NCBI GenBank assembly: GCA_003507395.1
Contig: DNVW01000013.1
Coordinates: 47,696 to 111,695 of the forward strand
DNA from: Clostridiales bacterium
GTDB taxonomy: Bacteria > Bacillota > Clostridia > TANB77 > CAG-508
DNA: 64,000 nt
Reading direction: 5' to 3'
Within the stretch, counting starts at the first letter, position 1. Each line of letters opens with the position of its first letter. Position numbers and translations under genes: made by a program. The notes under the pieces are model-generated. The model worked only from the letters and a program-made list of their open reading frames with translations. It was not told the origin of the DNA and searched no databases. Of the stretch, positions 10,101 through 21,507 are shown piece after piece.

Positions 10101-10850
10101 GCAAAAGCATTAGGTTGGAAGGTTGCAACACCAGTATTCGATGGTGCTACAGATGAAGAAATAAGAGCATTATTAAAGAAAGCAGGACTTTCAGAAGATG
10201 GAAAGACAATACTTTATGACGGAAGAACAGGTGAGGCATTTGATCATCCAATCACAGTAGGGGTTATGTATATGTTAAAATTACATCACTTAGTAGATGA
10301 TAAAATACATGCTCGTTCAACAGGACCATACTCACTAGTTACACAACAACCTTTAGGTGGTAAAGCTCAATTTGGTGGACAACGTTTTGGAGAAATGGAG
10401 GTTTGGGCATTAGAAGCATATGGTGCAGCATATACATTACAAGAAATGTTAACAACTAAATCAGATGATGTGGTAGGACGTGTTAAAACATATGAAGCAA
10501 TTGTAAAAGGAGAAAATGTACCAGAACCAGGAGTCCCAGAAGGCTTTAAGGTATTAATTAAAGAACTTCAAAGCTTAGGATTAGATATAAAATTATATTC
10601 AGAAGACAATCAAGAATTAGAATTAAAAGAGAATATAGAAGATGGAATAGACTTTAATTTCGAAACTGAGAAAAATGAAGTAATAGATGAAACTGAATTA
10701 GATGATGGATATATAGAAGAGGAAGAACTAGGCGATGATATGCTATTAGATGGAATGGATGGCATATTAGATGATGATGAAGTCTTAATAGATGACACAG
10801 ACTTAGGAGAAGATAATTTACTAAATGATCAAGACATATTAGATGAATAG
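7134..10850 (+). CDS. rpoB: DNA-directed RNA polymerase subunit beta
   Basis: 1238 aa, full-length RpoB hallmarks throughout. Ends in a highly acidic tail of about 75 aa. SD AGAGGTGA lies upstream. Confidence 0.97.
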   Translation: MMKDIKYEKCTRKTFAKIEDSIEMPNLIKVQKDSYDWFVEEGLGEILKDISPIVDYSGNLVLEFLDYYMEEKTKYTLEEAKERDATYATRLHVKVRLINRETGEIKEQEIYLGDFPLMTDSGTFVINGAERVVVSQLVRSPGCYYAKEFDPKTGKKIYTSTVMPIRGAWLEYETDGNDIFYVRVDRTRKLPVTSLLRAIGIVTDEQILALFGDEPKIIATIQKDTVKTAEEALIEIYKKLRPGELPTVDAARNLFNGLFFDDRRYDLAKVGRYKFNKKLSLSSRIAGQVAFEDIIDAETGEVFVEKDTVISEEVAENIRNAGINIVDIKVDDKKVRIIGNGTVNIHKVLPNVDLSDLHIKEYVNYEVLKSIIDTTPEEKLHDTIKERINELIPRHITNEDMIASISYLLNLDNGLGNVDDIDHLGNRRIRCVGELLQNQFRIGLTRLERVVRERMTIQDLDVITPQTLINTKPITSSIKEFFGSSQLSQFMDQTNPLSELTHKRRISALGPGGLSRERAGFEVRDIHYTHYGRLCPVESPEGPNIGLISALSSFAIINEYGFVETPYRKVVDGKITDEITYMPADEEDKYIIAQASEPVDKEGRFINDRIRVRHREEITVVDKDKVNYVDVSPKQLVSVAAAMIPFLEHDDVKRSLMGSNMQRQAVPLLTVESPIVGTGIEYRAAKDSGITVIAKEDGIVEKVTGDEITIRNKKDGIDVYHLRKFKRTNGGTCINQRPVVVKGEKVKKGDLIADGPSTKNGEMSLGKNVLIAFTTWEGYNYEDAILINERLVKEDVYTSIHIEEYDCECRDTKLGPEEITRDIPNVGDDSLKDLDENGIIRIGAEVRPGDILVGKVTPKGETELTAEERLLRAIFGEKAREVRDTSLRVPHGEAGTIVDIKIFTRENSDELGPGVNQIIRCYIATKRKISVGDKMAGRHGNKGVISRILPEEDMPFLPDGTPVDIVLNPLGVPSRMNLGQVLEVHLGMAAKALGWKVATPVFDGATDEEIRALLKKAGLSEDGKTILYDGRTGEAFDHPITVGVMYMLKLHHLVDDKIHARSTGPYSLVTQQPLGGKAQFGGQRFGEMEVWALEAYGAAYTLQEMLTTKSDDVVGRVKTYEAIVKGENVPEPGVPEGFKVLIKELQSLGLDIKLYSEDNQELELKENIEDGIDFNFETEKNEVIDETELDDGYIEEEELGDDMLLDGMDGILDDDEVLIDDTDLGEDNLLNDQDILDE

Positions 10851-10971
10851 TATTAATTAAATAGTTTCAAAAAGGATTTTTATGCTTACAAAATAGAATT
10901 GCTCAGCAGTGTATAGCGAAAAAATCCTTGAGAAACAAGAGTAAATAAAAAGTCAAGGGGGCTAAAAAGCA

Positions 10972-13900
10972 GTGGATGAACTAGAAATTTTCGATAAAAT
11001 TAAAATAGGGATTGCATCAGATGAACAAATAAGAGAATGGTCAAAAGGAGAAGTTAAAAAGCCAGAGACTATTAACTACAGAACATTAAAGCCAGAAAGA
11101 GATGGACTTTTTTGTGAAAGAATATTTGGGCCTACAAAAGATTGGGAATGCCATTGTGGTAAATACAAGAGAGTAAGATATAAAGGAATAGTTTGCGATA
11201 GATGTGGCGTTGAAGTAACAAAGGCTAAAGTAAGACGTGAAAGAATGGGTCATATTGAACTTGCTGCTCCTGTAGCACATATTTGGTACTTTAAAGGTAT
11301 TCCAAGCAGAATAGCGTTGTTATTAGATATCTCACCAAGAAACTTAGAGAAAGTTATATATTTTGCTTCATATATTGTTACAGATAAAGGAACATCAAGC
11401 TTAACAAAAACACAAGTACTATCTGAAAAAGAATATCATGAAGCAGAAGAAAAATATGGAAAAGGCTCTTTTAAAGCAGAAATGGGAGCAGAGGCAATAA
11501 GAAAATTATTAGCAGAAATAGATATAGAAAAATTATCTGAGAAATTAAAAAAAGAATTAGAAAAAGCAAGCGAGCAAAAGAAAGCAAAACTAATAAAAAG
11601 ATTAGATACTGTAGAAGCATTTAGATTATCAGGAAATAAACCTGAATGGATGATTATGAATGTTGTTCCAGTAATTCCACCAGAATTAAGACCGATGGTT
11701 CAATTAGATGGTGGTAGGTTTGCAACATCAGATTTAAATGATTTATATAGAAGAGTTATAAACAGAAATAATAGATTAAAAAGACTATTAGAATTAGGAG
11801 CACCAGAAATAATAGTAAGAAACGAAAAGAGAATGTTACAAGAATCAGTTGATGCTTTAATAGATAATAGTAGAAGGGGAAGACCAGTAACTGGTGCCGG
11901 AGGTAGAGCATTAAAATCTTTATCAGATATGTTAAAAGGTAAACAAGGACGCTTCCGTCAAAACCTATTAGGAAAACGTGTTGACTATTCTGGACGTTCA
12001 GTTATAGTTGTTGGACCAGAACTTAAAATCTATCAATGTGGTGTTCCAAAGGAAATGGCAGTAGAATTATTTAAGCCATTTGTTATGAGGGAATTAGTAG
12101 GACGTGGAATAGCTCATAATATTAAAAATGCTAAGAGAATGGTAGAGAGATTAAGACCAGAAGTATGGGATATATTAGAAGAAGTTATAAAAGACCATCC
12201 AGTATTACTAAACCGTGCACCAACATTGCATAGACTTGGTATTCAGGCGTTTGAGCCAGTTTTAGTAGAGGGAAGAGCAATAAAATTGCATCCATTAGTA
12301 TGTACAGCTTTTAATGCTGACTTCGATGGTGACCAAATGGCTATACACGTGCCATTATCTCCAGAGGCACAAGCAGAAGCAAGATTTTTAATGCTTTCTG
12401 TAAATAATTTATTAAAACCACAAGATGGTAAACCAGTAACAGTACCTACACAAGATATGATTCTAGGAAGTTACTATTTAACAATGATTGTTGAAGGAGA
12501 AAAAGGAGAAGGTAAATATTTTTCATCACCAGAAGAAGCTATTATTGCAAATGTAAACAATGAATTAGGCTCGCATGCAAAAATACATGTAAGAATGAGC
12601 AAAAAAGTAAATGGAGAAGAAAAACATAAAATAATAGAAACAACAGTAGGTAGAATTATATATAATCAAGGTATACCACAAGATTTAGGTTTTGTAGATA
12701 GAACAAATCCAGAAAATGAATTTGAATTAGAAATAAACTTCCCTGTAATAAAGAAAAATTTAGGAAAGATAATCGCAAAATCGATAAATAAACATGGATT
12801 AAATGCAACAGCAGAATTACTAGATTATATAAAAGCAACTGGTTTCAAATATTCTACAATAGGCGCTATTACAGTTTCTGTTGATGATGTAAAAGTACCA
12901 GAAGCCAAAAAGCAAATACTTGCAAATGCAAATGAACAAGTAAACAATGTATTAAAGCAATACAAACGTGGTTTAATTACAGATGAAGAAAGATATCAAT
13001 CAGTAATTAAAATATGGGAAAAAGCTACAGATGAAGTTACAGAAGCAATGAAAAATAACTTTGATGAATTAAACCCTGTATATATGATGTCACAATCTGG
13101 AGCCAGAGGAAATATAAACCAATTAAGACAAATAGCTGGTATGCGTGGACTTATGGCAAGTACAACAGGTAAAACAGTAGAAATACCAATAACATCATCA
13201 TTTAGAGAAGGACTTGATGCACTTGAATATTTTATTTCAGCACATGGTGCTAGAAAAGGTTTAGCAGATACAGCTCTAAGAACAGCTGACTCTGGTTATT
13301 TAACAAGAAGACTTGTTGATGTTGCACAAGACATAATAGTAAGAGAAAAGGATTGTGGAACTCATGAAGGTATTGAACTTTCAGATATTAAAGATGGAAA
13401 TCAAGTAGTAGAAAAATTAGAGGAACGTCTATTAGGAAGATATCCATTAGAAGATATAGTTAACCCAGAAACAGGAGAAACCATAGTTACAACAGAAGAG
13501 CTTATCACAGAAGCTTTGGCTGAGAAAATAGTTGCAGCAGGAATAACAAAAGTAAAGGTACGTTCAGTATTAGAATGTAAAACAAAACATGGTGTATGTT
13601 GCAAATGCTACGGTATGGGATTGGCTACAAGAGCAGAAGTAAATATAGGAGAAGCTGTTGGTATTATAGCTGCACAATCAATTGGTGAACCTGGTACACA
13701 GCTAACCATGAGAACAATTCACTCTGGTGGTGTTGCAGGTGTAGCAGATATTACACAAGGTCTTCCTAGAGTTGAAGAACTATTTGAAGCTAGAAAGCCA
13801 AAGGGCTTAGCTATAATTACAGAAATATCAGGAAAAGTAAAAATATCTGAAGACAAGAGCAAAAAAGAAGTTATTGTTACAAGCAGTGATGACAGTAAAA

Positions 13901-14496
13901 CATATACAATACCATTTGGATCGAAATTACGTGTAAGAGATGGAGATGAAATAGAAGCAGGAGCTCCTATTACAGAAGGTTCTATAAATCCAAGCGAGAT
14001 TTTAGCAATAAATGGTGTAGATGGGGTTCATAGATACTTAGTACAAGAAGTACAAAAAGTTTATAGAAATCAAGGTGTTGATATTAATGATAAACATATT
14101 GAAGTTATCGGAAGACAAATGCTTAAGAGAGTTAGAGTTGAAGATAATGGAGACACAGGCTTATTTGCAGGATCATTAGTAGATATAAATGAACTAGAAG
14201 AAGTAAATGAGCAAATGGAAACAGAAGGAAAGAAACCAGCAACATATAAACGTGTATTACTAGGAATAACAAAAGCTTCACTTGCAACAGAAAGTTTCTT
14301 ATCAGCAGCATCTTTCCAAGAAACAACAAGAGTATTAACAGAAGCTGCTGTAAAAGGCAAAATTGATGAATTAATAGGACTAAAAGAAAATGTAATAATA
14401 GGAAAATTAATTCCTGCAGGAACAGGGCTAAATAAATACAAAAATACACAAATAGATACAGAACAATATGAAGAAACTGCAAATGAAACAAAATAA
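10972..14496 (+). CDS. rpoC: DNA-directed RNA polymerase subunit beta'
   Basis: 1174 aa with a GTG start after GGGGG. Contains the zinc motif [23 protein letters not shown] and NADFDGDQM. Confidence 0.97.
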   Translation: MDELEIFDKIKIGIASDEQIREWSKGEVKKPETINYRTLKPERDGLFCERIFGPTKDWECHCGKYKRVRYKGIVCDRCGVEVTKAKVRRERMGHIELAAPVAHIWYFKGIPSRIALLLDISPRNLEKVIYFASYIVTDKGTSSLTKTQVLSEKEYHEAEEKYGKGSFKAEMGAEAIRKLLAEIDIEKLSEKLKKELEKASEQKKAKLIKRLDTVEAFRLSGNKPEWMIMNVVPVIPPELRPMVQLDGGRFATSDLNDLYRRVINRNNRLKRLLELGAPEIIVRNEKRMLQESVDALIDNSRRGRPVTGAGGRALKSLSDMLKGKQGRFRQNLLGKRVDYSGRSVIVVGPELKIYQCGVPKEMAVELFKPFVMRELVGRGIAHNIKNAKRMVERLRPEVWDILEEVIKDHPVLLNRAPTLHRLGIQAFEPVLVEGRAIKLHPLVCTAFNADFDGDQMAIHVPLSPEAQAEARFLMLSVNNLLKPQDGKPVTVPTQDMILGSYYLTMIVEGEKGEGKYFSSPEEAIIANVNNELGSHAKIHVRMSKKVNGEEKHKIIETTVGRIIYNQGIPQDLGFVDRTNPENEFELEINFPVIKKNLGKIIAKSINKHGLNATAELLDYIKATGFKYSTIGAITVSVDDVKVPEAKKQILANANEQVNNVLKQYKRGLITDEERYQSVIKIWEKATDEVTEAMKNNFDELNPVYMMSQSGARGNINQLRQIAGMRGLMASTTGKTVEIPITSSFREGLDALEYFISAHGARKGLADTALRTADSGYLTRRLVDVAQDIIVREKDCGTHEGIELSDIKDGNQVVEKLEERLLGRYPLEDIVNPETGETIVTTEELITEALAEKIVAAGITKVKVRSVLECKTKHGVCCKCYGMGLATRAEVNIGEAVGIIAAQSIGEPGTQLTMRTIHSGGVAGVADITQGLPRVEELFEARKPKGLAIITEISGKVKISEDKSKKEVIVTSSDDSKTYTIPFGSKLRVRDGDEIEAGAPITEGSINPSEILAINGVDGVHRYLVQEVQKVYRNQGVDINDKHIEVIGRQMLKRVRVEDNGDTGLFAGSLVDINELEEVNEQMETEGKKPATYKRVLLGITKASLATESFLSAASFQETTRVLTEAAVKGKIDELIGLKENVIIGKLIPAGTGLNKYKNTQIDTEQYEETANETK

Positions 14497-14510
14497 ATAT
14501 TATCAAAAAA

Positions 14511-14540
14511 ACTGCCAAATCTTTGGTAGTTTTTTGATTC
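14511..14540 (+). terminator. Intrinsic terminator after rpoC (ACTGCCA-aatctt-TGGTAGT + TTTTTT)
   Basis: Hairpin plus U-tract 15 nt after the rpoC stop. Confidence 0.6.
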
Positions 14541-14696
14541 GTAGGAAAAATAAGGTTTTGCAATGTAGGCACAGTGACTTTGTATATATTTTTCATAATT
14601 TAGTGGAGAAAAAATTTAAAAAATACTATATTTCTACAAAAAAGTATGATATAGTATATATGTATAAAAAGCTATATTGAAAGGAATGAAGTTTAT

Positions 14697-16211
14697 ATGG
14701 AAAAAGGAAGAAGATATAGTGGAGGAAAAAAGCTAAACATGAAAAAAGTATTTGCTGTAATAATTGCATTTGCAGTAATTATAATGTTTATTGTTGGAAT
14801 TAAAAAAATATTAAAATCAGATAAAGACATTAAAGAAAAAACTGTAGTGCAAAAATATTTTGCAGTATATACAAACAATAAATGGGGAGTTATAGATTCA
14901 AAAGGAAAAACAATAATAGAACCAACATATGATGAAACAATAATAATTCCAAATGAAACAAAAGCAATATTTATTTGTACTTATGATGTAAATTATGAAA
15001 ATGGCACATATAAAACTAAAGTATTAAATGATAAAAAAGAAGAAATATTAAGTGGATTTGAAACAGTGCAAGCATTAGAAAACTATGACGAAAATAACAA
15101 TTTGTGGTATGAAGCAGATGTACTATTAGTAAAAAAAGATGGAAAATATGGACTAATAAATTACAAAGGAAATGAACTATTAAAATGTGAATATAATTCA
15201 ATTACAACAGTAAAAGGAATAAAAAATAGTTTAATAACAGAAAAAGATGGAAAATTAGGATTAGTAGATGATATAGGTAACATAGTAATACCAAATGAAT
15301 ATAAAAGCATTAAGCCATTAGGAAATAAATATGAAGAAGGCTTTATTGTAGGAAATGAAAAATATGGAGTTATAAACTGGGATAAATCAGTTGCATTAGA
15401 AACAAAATATGAAGAGATAAAGCCAATATATGGAGATGGAAAATTTGTAGTAAAACAAGATGGAAAATGGAAAATTGTAGATACAAGTGGCAAATCATAT
15501 TTAGAAGGAAAATTTGATAACGTAAAATCAATTGATGGAGAAAATGTAGTCATACAAAAAAATGGAAAATATGGAGTAACAACAATTGCAGGAGAAACAA
15601 AATTAGAAACAAAATATGAAGATATAACATATACATATGCAGATAATTATATTGCAAAGCAAAATGGAAAATTTGGAATTCTAAACTTAAGTGGAGAGAC
15701 AAAATTAGATTTTGTATATAAAACATTAATATATAGAAAAGATGTAGACTTTTATGAAGGCTCAAAAGAAGAGATAAATTCAGATTTAATAGATAGAGAC
15801 TTTAATGTTAAACTTACAGGCATTATAACAGAAATTAATACAGAAACTGGATATATGAAGGTTAGAGTAAACGGAGAGTACAAATATTATAACTTTAAAT
15901 TTGAGGAAAAAACAAATATAGAACTATTAAAAGGAAATACCCTATTTTTATCAAAAAAGGATAACAAATATGGATTTGTAAATAAAGATGGAATTGTAAT
16001 TGTTGACTATATATATGATGATGCAACAGAGCAAAATGAGTTTGGCTATGCGAGCGTAAAAAAAGATGGTTTATGGGGTTGTATTAATTCAAAAGGAGAA
16101 GTTACAATATCTCCAGCATATGCTTTAGAAAATAGCATATTAGTAGAATTTATAGGAAAGTGGCATAGAGGACAAGACTTGAACTTAAATTATTATACAG
16201 ATGAAAAATAA
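14697..16211 (+). CDS. Membrane-anchored WG/KWG-repeat protein
   Basis: N-terminal TM segment followed by at least nine repeats of K(W/Y/F)G(V/L/I)(I/V)(N/D)xxG..(I/L)(E/P)xxY (WG_beta_rep-like). Confidence 0.7.
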   Translation: MEKGRRYSGGKKLNMKKVFAVIIAFAVIIMFIVGIKKILKSDKDIKEKTVVQKYFAVYTNNKWGVIDSKGKTIIEPTYDETIIIPNETKAIFICTYDVNYENGTYKTKVLNDKKEEILSGFETVQALENYDENNNLWYEADVLLVKKDGKYGLINYKGNELLKCEYNSITTVKGIKNSLITEKDGKLGLVDDIGNIVIPNEYKSIKPLGNKYEEGFIVGNEKYGVINWDKSVALETKYEEIKPIYGDGKFVVKQDGKWKIVDTSGKSYLEGKFDNVKSIDGENVVIQKNGKYGVTTIAGETKLETKYEDITYTYADNYIAKQNGKFGILNLSGETKLDFVYKTLIYRKDVDFYEGSKEEINSDLIDRDFNVKLTGIITEINTETGYMKVRVNGEYKYYNFKFEEKTNIELLKGNTLFLSKKDNKYGFVNKDGIVIVDYIYDDATEQNEFGYASVKKDGLWGCINSKGEVTISPAYALENSILVEFIGKWHRGQDLNLNYYTDEK

Positions 16212-16238
16212 ATCGTAGGAGGAGGAGTAAGCATACAT

Positions 16239-17450
16239 ATGGAACAAAAGATTAAATATCAATATACGTATTTTATATACCCATATATAATTGATGCAAA
16301 TAAATATAATAAATATATGCTAAAGCTTATTAAAAATCCTAAATGTAAGTTGAAAACATTTGACAAAATAAAAGATTTTGATATTTATACATATTTTCTT
16401 CCTAACATACGAGAGTATATGTTTTGGTCATTTGAATTGACAAATCAAAAAAGTAATGAGCTAGAAAGAATGGACAATAAAATGAAGAGTACAATACTTT
16501 CAAATTATCCTTGTACAATGTTTGAATATGAATTAGAAAAAAATATACAGGGAAAAATAGGAGAAGAAAACGGAATATTTTTTGACATTATAAAAATGGA
16601 AATTATATGTTTTAATACCGGAATATGTTTTATGACTTTTAAAACAGCTTTAAATGGTGAAAATAATCTAGATGATGTACTTAATTTTAATTATAAATTT
16701 AGAGATATAAATTCTAATTTATCTCAATTAAGAGAATATGAAAATATAAGAATACAGACAAGTGCATTTAAAGATATAAAAGAATTTTCGAGTTTAATAA
16801 AAGAAATAGCAGGAAGTAATACAGGAGCTAAAAAAATAAATGTAGATACAGAAAGATTTGTTACATATTCATATATATGTTTAGATCAAAATTGCTGGAA
16901 TGAGAATACAGATAATACTGTTTTAAACGAAAGATTTTTGAATTATGCAAATATAGCGAGTTCAAATTCTAAAATAAATAATAAGGTAAAAAAAATAGAA
17001 CAAAAATATTTAAAGTATGGATTTACTAGTTGGAGCAATGTAGTAATGGCATCTGATATAAATACAGAAAATTATACAAAATTGCCATTTGAATACGAAA
17101 ATAAATATTTATATCATTATATATTTAATTTATATAAAAAAATATATTTGAAAAAATTAATATATGAATTTAATATAAACAACAATTTTGAAAAAATTAA
17201 AGAACAATTTATAAATTTTACAAAATTTATTTGGATTCAAGAAATAACAAATGATGAAATAGGTATAGAAATAGAAGAAAAGGAAAAAGAAGCTTTGCTA
17301 TTGGAGGAAACCTACTTAAAGCTTAAAAATAAATATGATATATTATATAAAAATTATAATATAGAAAAAATTGCTAAAGGAAATAAAGTAATTGCAATAG
17401 TTGTAATTGGAATTTTTATTATTACTCTTATAAACTTACTAAGTAAATAA
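16239..17450 (+). CDS. Hypothetical 403-aa protein with a single C-terminal TM helix; likely co-transcribed with the WG-repeat gene
   Basis: Only a 27-nt gap from the upstream gene. K/N/Y-rich with no motif I recognise. Confidence 0.5.
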   Translation: MEQKIKYQYTYFIYPYIIDANKYNKYMLKLIKNPKCKLKTFDKIKDFDIYTYFLPNIREYMFWSFELTNQKSNELERMDNKMKSTILSNYPCTMFEYELEKNIQGKIGEENGIFFDIIKMEIICFNTGICFMTFKTALNGENNLDDVLNFNYKFRDINSNLSQLREYENIRIQTSAFKDIKEFSSLIKEIAGSNTGAKKINVDTERFVTYSYICLDQNCWNENTDNTVLNERFLNYANIASSNSKINNKVKKIEQKYLKYGFTSWSNVVMASDINTENYTKLPFEYENKYLYHYIFNLYKKIYLKKLIYEFNINNNFEKIKEQFINFTKFIWIQEITNDEIGIEIEEKEKEALLLEETYLKLKNKYDILYKNYNIEKIAKGNKVIAIVVIGIFIITLINLLSK

Positions 17451-17469
17451 TATTTATAAAGGGGTTAAA

Positions 17470-17847
17470 ATGGAAATAAGAACAGGCGTAGATATAATAG
17501 AAATAAGCAGGATAAAAGAGAGTATTGAGCAAATAGGACAAGTTTTTTTGGATAGAATATATACAGAAAAAGAACAGGAATACTGTGAGAAATCCAATAA
17601 AATGAAATATCAACATTATGCAGCAAGATTTGCAGCAAAAGAAGCAATATTTAAAGCAATTTCTAAGAATATAAACGATACTTCTGATTGGGTGTGGAAA
17701 AATATAGAAATATATAATGATGAGCAGGGAAAGCCGATTGCTGATATTAGTAAATTAGAAATTAAAAATATAATTAGCATGGATTTAAGTATTTCTCATA
17801 TAAAAGATTATGCATTAGCAAGTTTTACTTTGATTTTAGATAATTAA
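17470..17847 (+). CDS. acpS: Holo-[acyl-carrier-protein] synthase
   Basis: 125 aa; begins MEIRTGVDIIEISRIKESI, which is AcpS-like. Confidence 0.85.
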   Translation: MEIRTGVDIIEISRIKESIEQIGQVFLDRIYTEKEQEYCEKSNKMKYQHYAARFAAKEAIFKAISKNINDTSDWVWKNIEIYNDEQGKPIADISKLEIKNIISMDLSISHIKDYALASFTLILDN

Positions 17848-17865
17848 AAAAAGGAAAAAAGAAAA

Positions 17866-18627
17866 ATGGAATTTTTTGATTCGCATTCACACTACAATGA
17901 TGAAAAATTTGATGAAGATAGAGAACAGATATTAGAAGAAATATACAAAGCAGGAGTAACAAAAGTAATTGTGGCAGGATATGATATAAATTCATCTAAA
18001 AAGGCAGTGGACTTATCTAAAAAATATAAATATATATACGCAATATGTGGAATATCTCCAAATGATATTGCAGAAACAGAAAATGAAATAAAACAACAAA
18101 TTGAGCAAATAGAAAAAATAGCACAATCCACAAAAATAGTAGGAATTGGGGAAATCGGGCTTGATTATTATTGGAACAAGGAAAATAAAGAGCTACAAAA
18201 AAAGGCATTTATAAATCAAATAAAATTAGCAGATAAAATGGATTTACCAATTATAATACACTCAAGAGAAGCGGTAATGGATACAATACAAATATTAAAA
18301 GAAAATACTCCAAAAAGAAAGGGAGTTTTTCATTGTTGTCCTTTAAATATAGAACTAGTAAAAGAAGGTTTAAAATTAGGCTTTTACATATCACTAGCAG
18401 GGCCAATAACATTTAAAAATTCAAAAAATGCAGATGAAATAATACAAATGATACCATTAGAAAAAATGCTTATAGAAACAGATAGCCCCTACTTAGCACC
18501 AGAGCCAAATAGGGGAACAAGAAATGATTCGAGAAATTTAAAATATTTAGTAGAAAAAATAGCACAAGTAAAACAAAGAGAGCCAGAAGAAATAGCAAGA
18601 ATAACATATAATAATTGGAAATTATAA
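17866..18627 (+). CDS. tatD: TatD-family metal-dependent DNase/hydrolase
   Basis: FDSHSHY N-terminus, 253 aa. Confidence 0.85.
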   Translation: MEFFDSHSHYNDEKFDEDREQILEEIYKAGVTKVIVAGYDINSSKKAVDLSKKYKYIYAICGISPNDIAETENEIKQQIEQIEKIAQSTKIVGIGEIGLDYYWNKENKELQKKAFINQIKLADKMDLPIIIHSREAVMDTIQILKENTPKRKGVFHCCPLNIELVKEGLKLGFYISLAGPITFKNSKNADEIIQMIPLEKMLIETDSPYLAPEPNRGTRNDSRNLKYLVEKIAQVKQREPEEIARITYNNWKL

Positions 18628-18639
18628 GGCAAATATAGA

Positions 18640-19533
18640 CTACATAAGTTTCTTTATTGCTTCTATTCTAGCACTTATAGAAGGGTGAGTTGACAATAAA
18701 TCACTCTTCTCTTTTTGGTCTTTCTTAAATGGATTTGTGAAAAACATATGTGCAGTTGCATTATTAGCCTTACTAAATTCTGAATCGTCAGAATCCAATT
18801 TTTGTAACGCAGAAATAAAAGCATCTGGATTTCTAGTAAATTCAACAGCACTAGCATCTGCCAAGAATTCTCGACGCCTTGAAAGAGCTAACTTCATTAA
18901 TTGAGCAAAAACAGGTCCTAAAATTAAGCAAATAAATCCTAAAATCATGATAATAAAATTGCCTTTAGAATTACTATCATTATCTTTGCGATTTATCAAA
19001 TAAAATCTTCTAGACATTAAATCTGAAAGCATAACGATAAATCCAACCATAACAGTTACTACGGCAGAAAGTAAAATATCATAATTTTTAATATGACCTA
19101 ATTCATGTGCTATAACACCTTCTAACTCATAATAATCTAATTTTTCTAAAAGACCTGTAGTAACACAAACTACAGCATTTTTTGGATTTCTGCCAGTAGC
19201 AAAAGCATTTGGTTGAGAACTTTCAACAATATATAATCTAGGCCTGTATTCTAATCCAGAAGATATCATAAGCCCATCTAAAATATTTATTAATTTTTTA
19301 TTTTCTTCTGGAGTTGCTAGCCTTGCACCATTTAAACTTAGAACAATTTTATCACTAAAATAATATGAGCACCAAGAAGACAGAATTGAAAAAGTAAGTG
19401 CTATAATTATTGAAATAGTACCTAAATTAAAAGACATACAAATATAATATACTATTAATGTTATCATTAATATAAAAATAGATATGATAAATCCTGTTTT
19501 TATTTTATTTTTCTTTATATCTTCATACATATA
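18640..19533 (-). CDS. htpX: Zinc metalloprotease HtpX
   Basis: HELGHIKNYD zinc motif plus TM segments. Start chosen at MYEDIKK (SD GAGGTG 7 nt upstream). The track's longer ORF extends into AT-rich upstream sequence. Confidence 0.85.
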   Translation of the reverse strand, partial: YMYEDIKKNKIKTGFIISIFILMITLIVYYICMSFNLGTISIIIALTFSILSSWCSYYFSDKIVLSLNGARLATPEENKKLINILDGLMISSGLEYRPRLYIVESSQPNAFATGRNPKNAVVCVTTGLLEKLDYYELEGVIAHELGHIKNYDILLSAVVTVMVGFIVMLSDLMSRRFYLINRKDNDSNSKGNFIIMILGFICLILGPVFAQLMKLALSRRREFLADASAVEFTRNPDAFISALQKLDSDDSEFSKANNATAHMFFTNPFKKDQKEKSDLLSTHPSISARIEAIKKLM

Positions 19534-19633
19534 TTTACACCTCAAATAAAAATAATATAATGCCTTATTTCTCAAATAAAACATTATATCATTATTTTTA
19601 AATATTATATTTTTAGAGAAATATCTCCAAGTT

Positions 19634-20188
19634 TTAGTTATTAAAATCAACTTTTACATTTTTTCTAGCTTCTGCACTATCTACTTCAAATAAAGTTTCA
19701 GTAGTAAAATTAAACATTCCAGCAATAATGTTTGAAGGGAATAATTGTAATTTTGTGTTATATTTTGTTACTGTATCATTATAAAACTGCCTTGAGTATG
19801 AAATTTTATTTTCTGTATTTGCTAATTCTTGTTGTAATTCAGTAAAGTTTTGATTTGCCTTTAAATCTGGATAACTTTCAGAAACAGCCATAATGGTTTT
19901 TAAACTTTCAGAAAGTTGTGTATCTAATTCTGACTTTTCTGTTACAGTCTTTGCATTTGCCCAAGATGTACGAAGTTCAGCTATTTTTGTTAAAACCTCA
20001 CTTTCATGTCCCATATATCCTTTAACAGTTTCAACTAAATTAGGAATTAAATCAAATCTTCTTTGTAATTGTACTTCTATTTGACTCCAAGCATTTTTAA
20101 CTCTTTGTCTTAAAGTTACAAGACTATTATATATACTTATAACAAATATAACTAAAAGAATTACAATAATAAAAATAATCCATCCCAT
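19634..20188 (-). CDS. lemA: LemA-family membrane protein
   Basis: N-terminal TM segment, then NAWSQIEVQLQRRFDLIPNLV. Sits immediately upstream of htpX, which is a common pairing. Confidence 0.85.
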   Translation of the reverse strand: MGWIIFIIVILLVIFVISIYNSLVTLRQRVKNAWSQIEVQLQRRFDLIPNLVETVKGYMGHESEVLTKIAELRTSWANAKTVTEKSELDTQLSESLKTIMAVSESYPDLKANQNFTELQQELANTENKISYSRQFYNDTVTKYNTKLQLFPSNIIAGMFNFTTETLFEVDSAEARKNVKVDFNN

Positions 20189-20366
20189 AATTTGGACCTC
20201 CTTAAATAGTATAGATATATACTACCATATATATTTTGTAAATTCAATGAAATGCTGAAAAATTTACAAAAAAGGCACAATTAAGCGGAACTATGACATA
20301 CATAAATATAAAGTAAATGTTTAATTTTCACAAAATGGTAAAAAATATAATAAAAGGAGGGAACAG

Positions 20367-21494
20367 ATGGAAGCATATGTTGCAAGAAGGAGAAAGAAGA
20401 ACGGAAAAAATAAAATATTAGTAGCATTTGTTTTCTTATTAATCATCGCCAGTGGTATAATTCTATATAAATTTTATGAGAAAATAGAGGTAGAAGAATT
20501 AGATAAAGGGTCAGAAGCTGTGAGAACTTTAAGAACATTGGATGAGGAAAAAGAAGAACAAAAAGAAGTAGTAGATGTAATAGCACAAGCTACTTCTAGT
20601 GTTGTAGGAATTTCAAAAGTTAAAAATATAGGTAGTACAATTTTTTTGAAAGATGGTAGTTCAAAATTGGGCTTGGGGACAGGACTAATAGTAACAGATA
20701 ATGGGTATATATTAACAAATGCACATGTTTCTGGGGAAAAATATAGTACGTGCTATGTTACATTAGAAACAGGAGAAGTTTTTACAGGAAATGTTGTGTG
20801 GTCAGACATGGATGTGGATTTAGCAATTCTTAAGATATCAGCTAAAAATTTAATATATGCAAAATTAGGAGATTCAGATAATATTAAAGTCGGAGAAAAG
20901 GTGTATGCAATTGGAAATCCTATTGGATTTGAATTTGAAAGAACTGTTACATCTGGAATAATAAGTGCAATAGATAGAACAATTAAAATTGAAGAAGATG
21001 AAAATTCATATATGAGTAATTTAATTCAAACAGATGCAACAATTAATTTAGGAAATAGCGGTGGACCACTAATAAATATAGATGGAGAAGTAGTAGGAAT
21101 AAATACACTTAAAATAACTTCAGCAGAAGGAATTAGTTTTGCTGTACCTATAAATCTTGTTAAAACAATAATAGAAAAATTTGCAACTCAAGGAAAATTT
21201 GAAGAAGCAAGTATAGGAATATTTGCATATGACAAAAATGTAATACCATATATAGATAATAATTTAAAATTTAATACAGGAATATATGTGGTTCAAATTG
21301 ATAGAAATTCTTCGGCATATAATTCTGGATTAAGAGAAAAAGACGTAATAATACAAATAGACAATATTAATTTAAAAAAAATGTGTGATTTAAGAAGATA
21401 TATATATACAAAAAATATTGGGGATGAAGTTATTTTAAAGATATTAAGAAATAACACAGAAAAAGAAATAAAAATGACTTTAATAAAAAAATAG
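20367..21494 (+). CDS. Trypsin-like serine protease (S1C, HtrA/DegP-like) with a C-terminal PDZ domain
   Basis: Catalytic GNSGGPLIN motif, N-terminal TM segment, PDZ-like C-terminus. Confidence 0.75.
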   Translation: MEAYVARRRKKNGKNKILVAFVFLLIIASGIILYKFYEKIEVEELDKGSEAVRTLRTLDEEKEEQKEVVDVIAQATSSVVGISKVKNIGSTIFLKDGSSKLGLGTGLIVTDNGYILTNAHVSGEKYSTCYVTLETGEVFTGNVVWSDMDVDLAILKISAKNLIYAKLGDSDNIKVGEKVYAIGNPIGFEFERTVTSGIISAIDRTIKIEEDENSYMSNLIQTDATINLGNSGGPLINIDGEVVGINTLKITSAEGISFAVPINLVKTIIEKFATQGKFEEASIGIFAYDKNVIPYIDNNLKFNTGIYVVQIDRNSSAYNSGLREKDVIIQIDNINLKKMCDLRRYIYTKNIGDEVILKILRNNTEKEIKMTLIKK

Positions 21495-21507
21495 AAGGAG
21501 AATGTTT

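Noticed and set aside
14468-14680. 70-aa + strand ORF spanning the rpoC stop, terminator and downstream spacer
   Set aside because: It overlaps the rpoC 3' end and the terminator hairpin, has no SD, and its K/Y-rich translation looks like chance.
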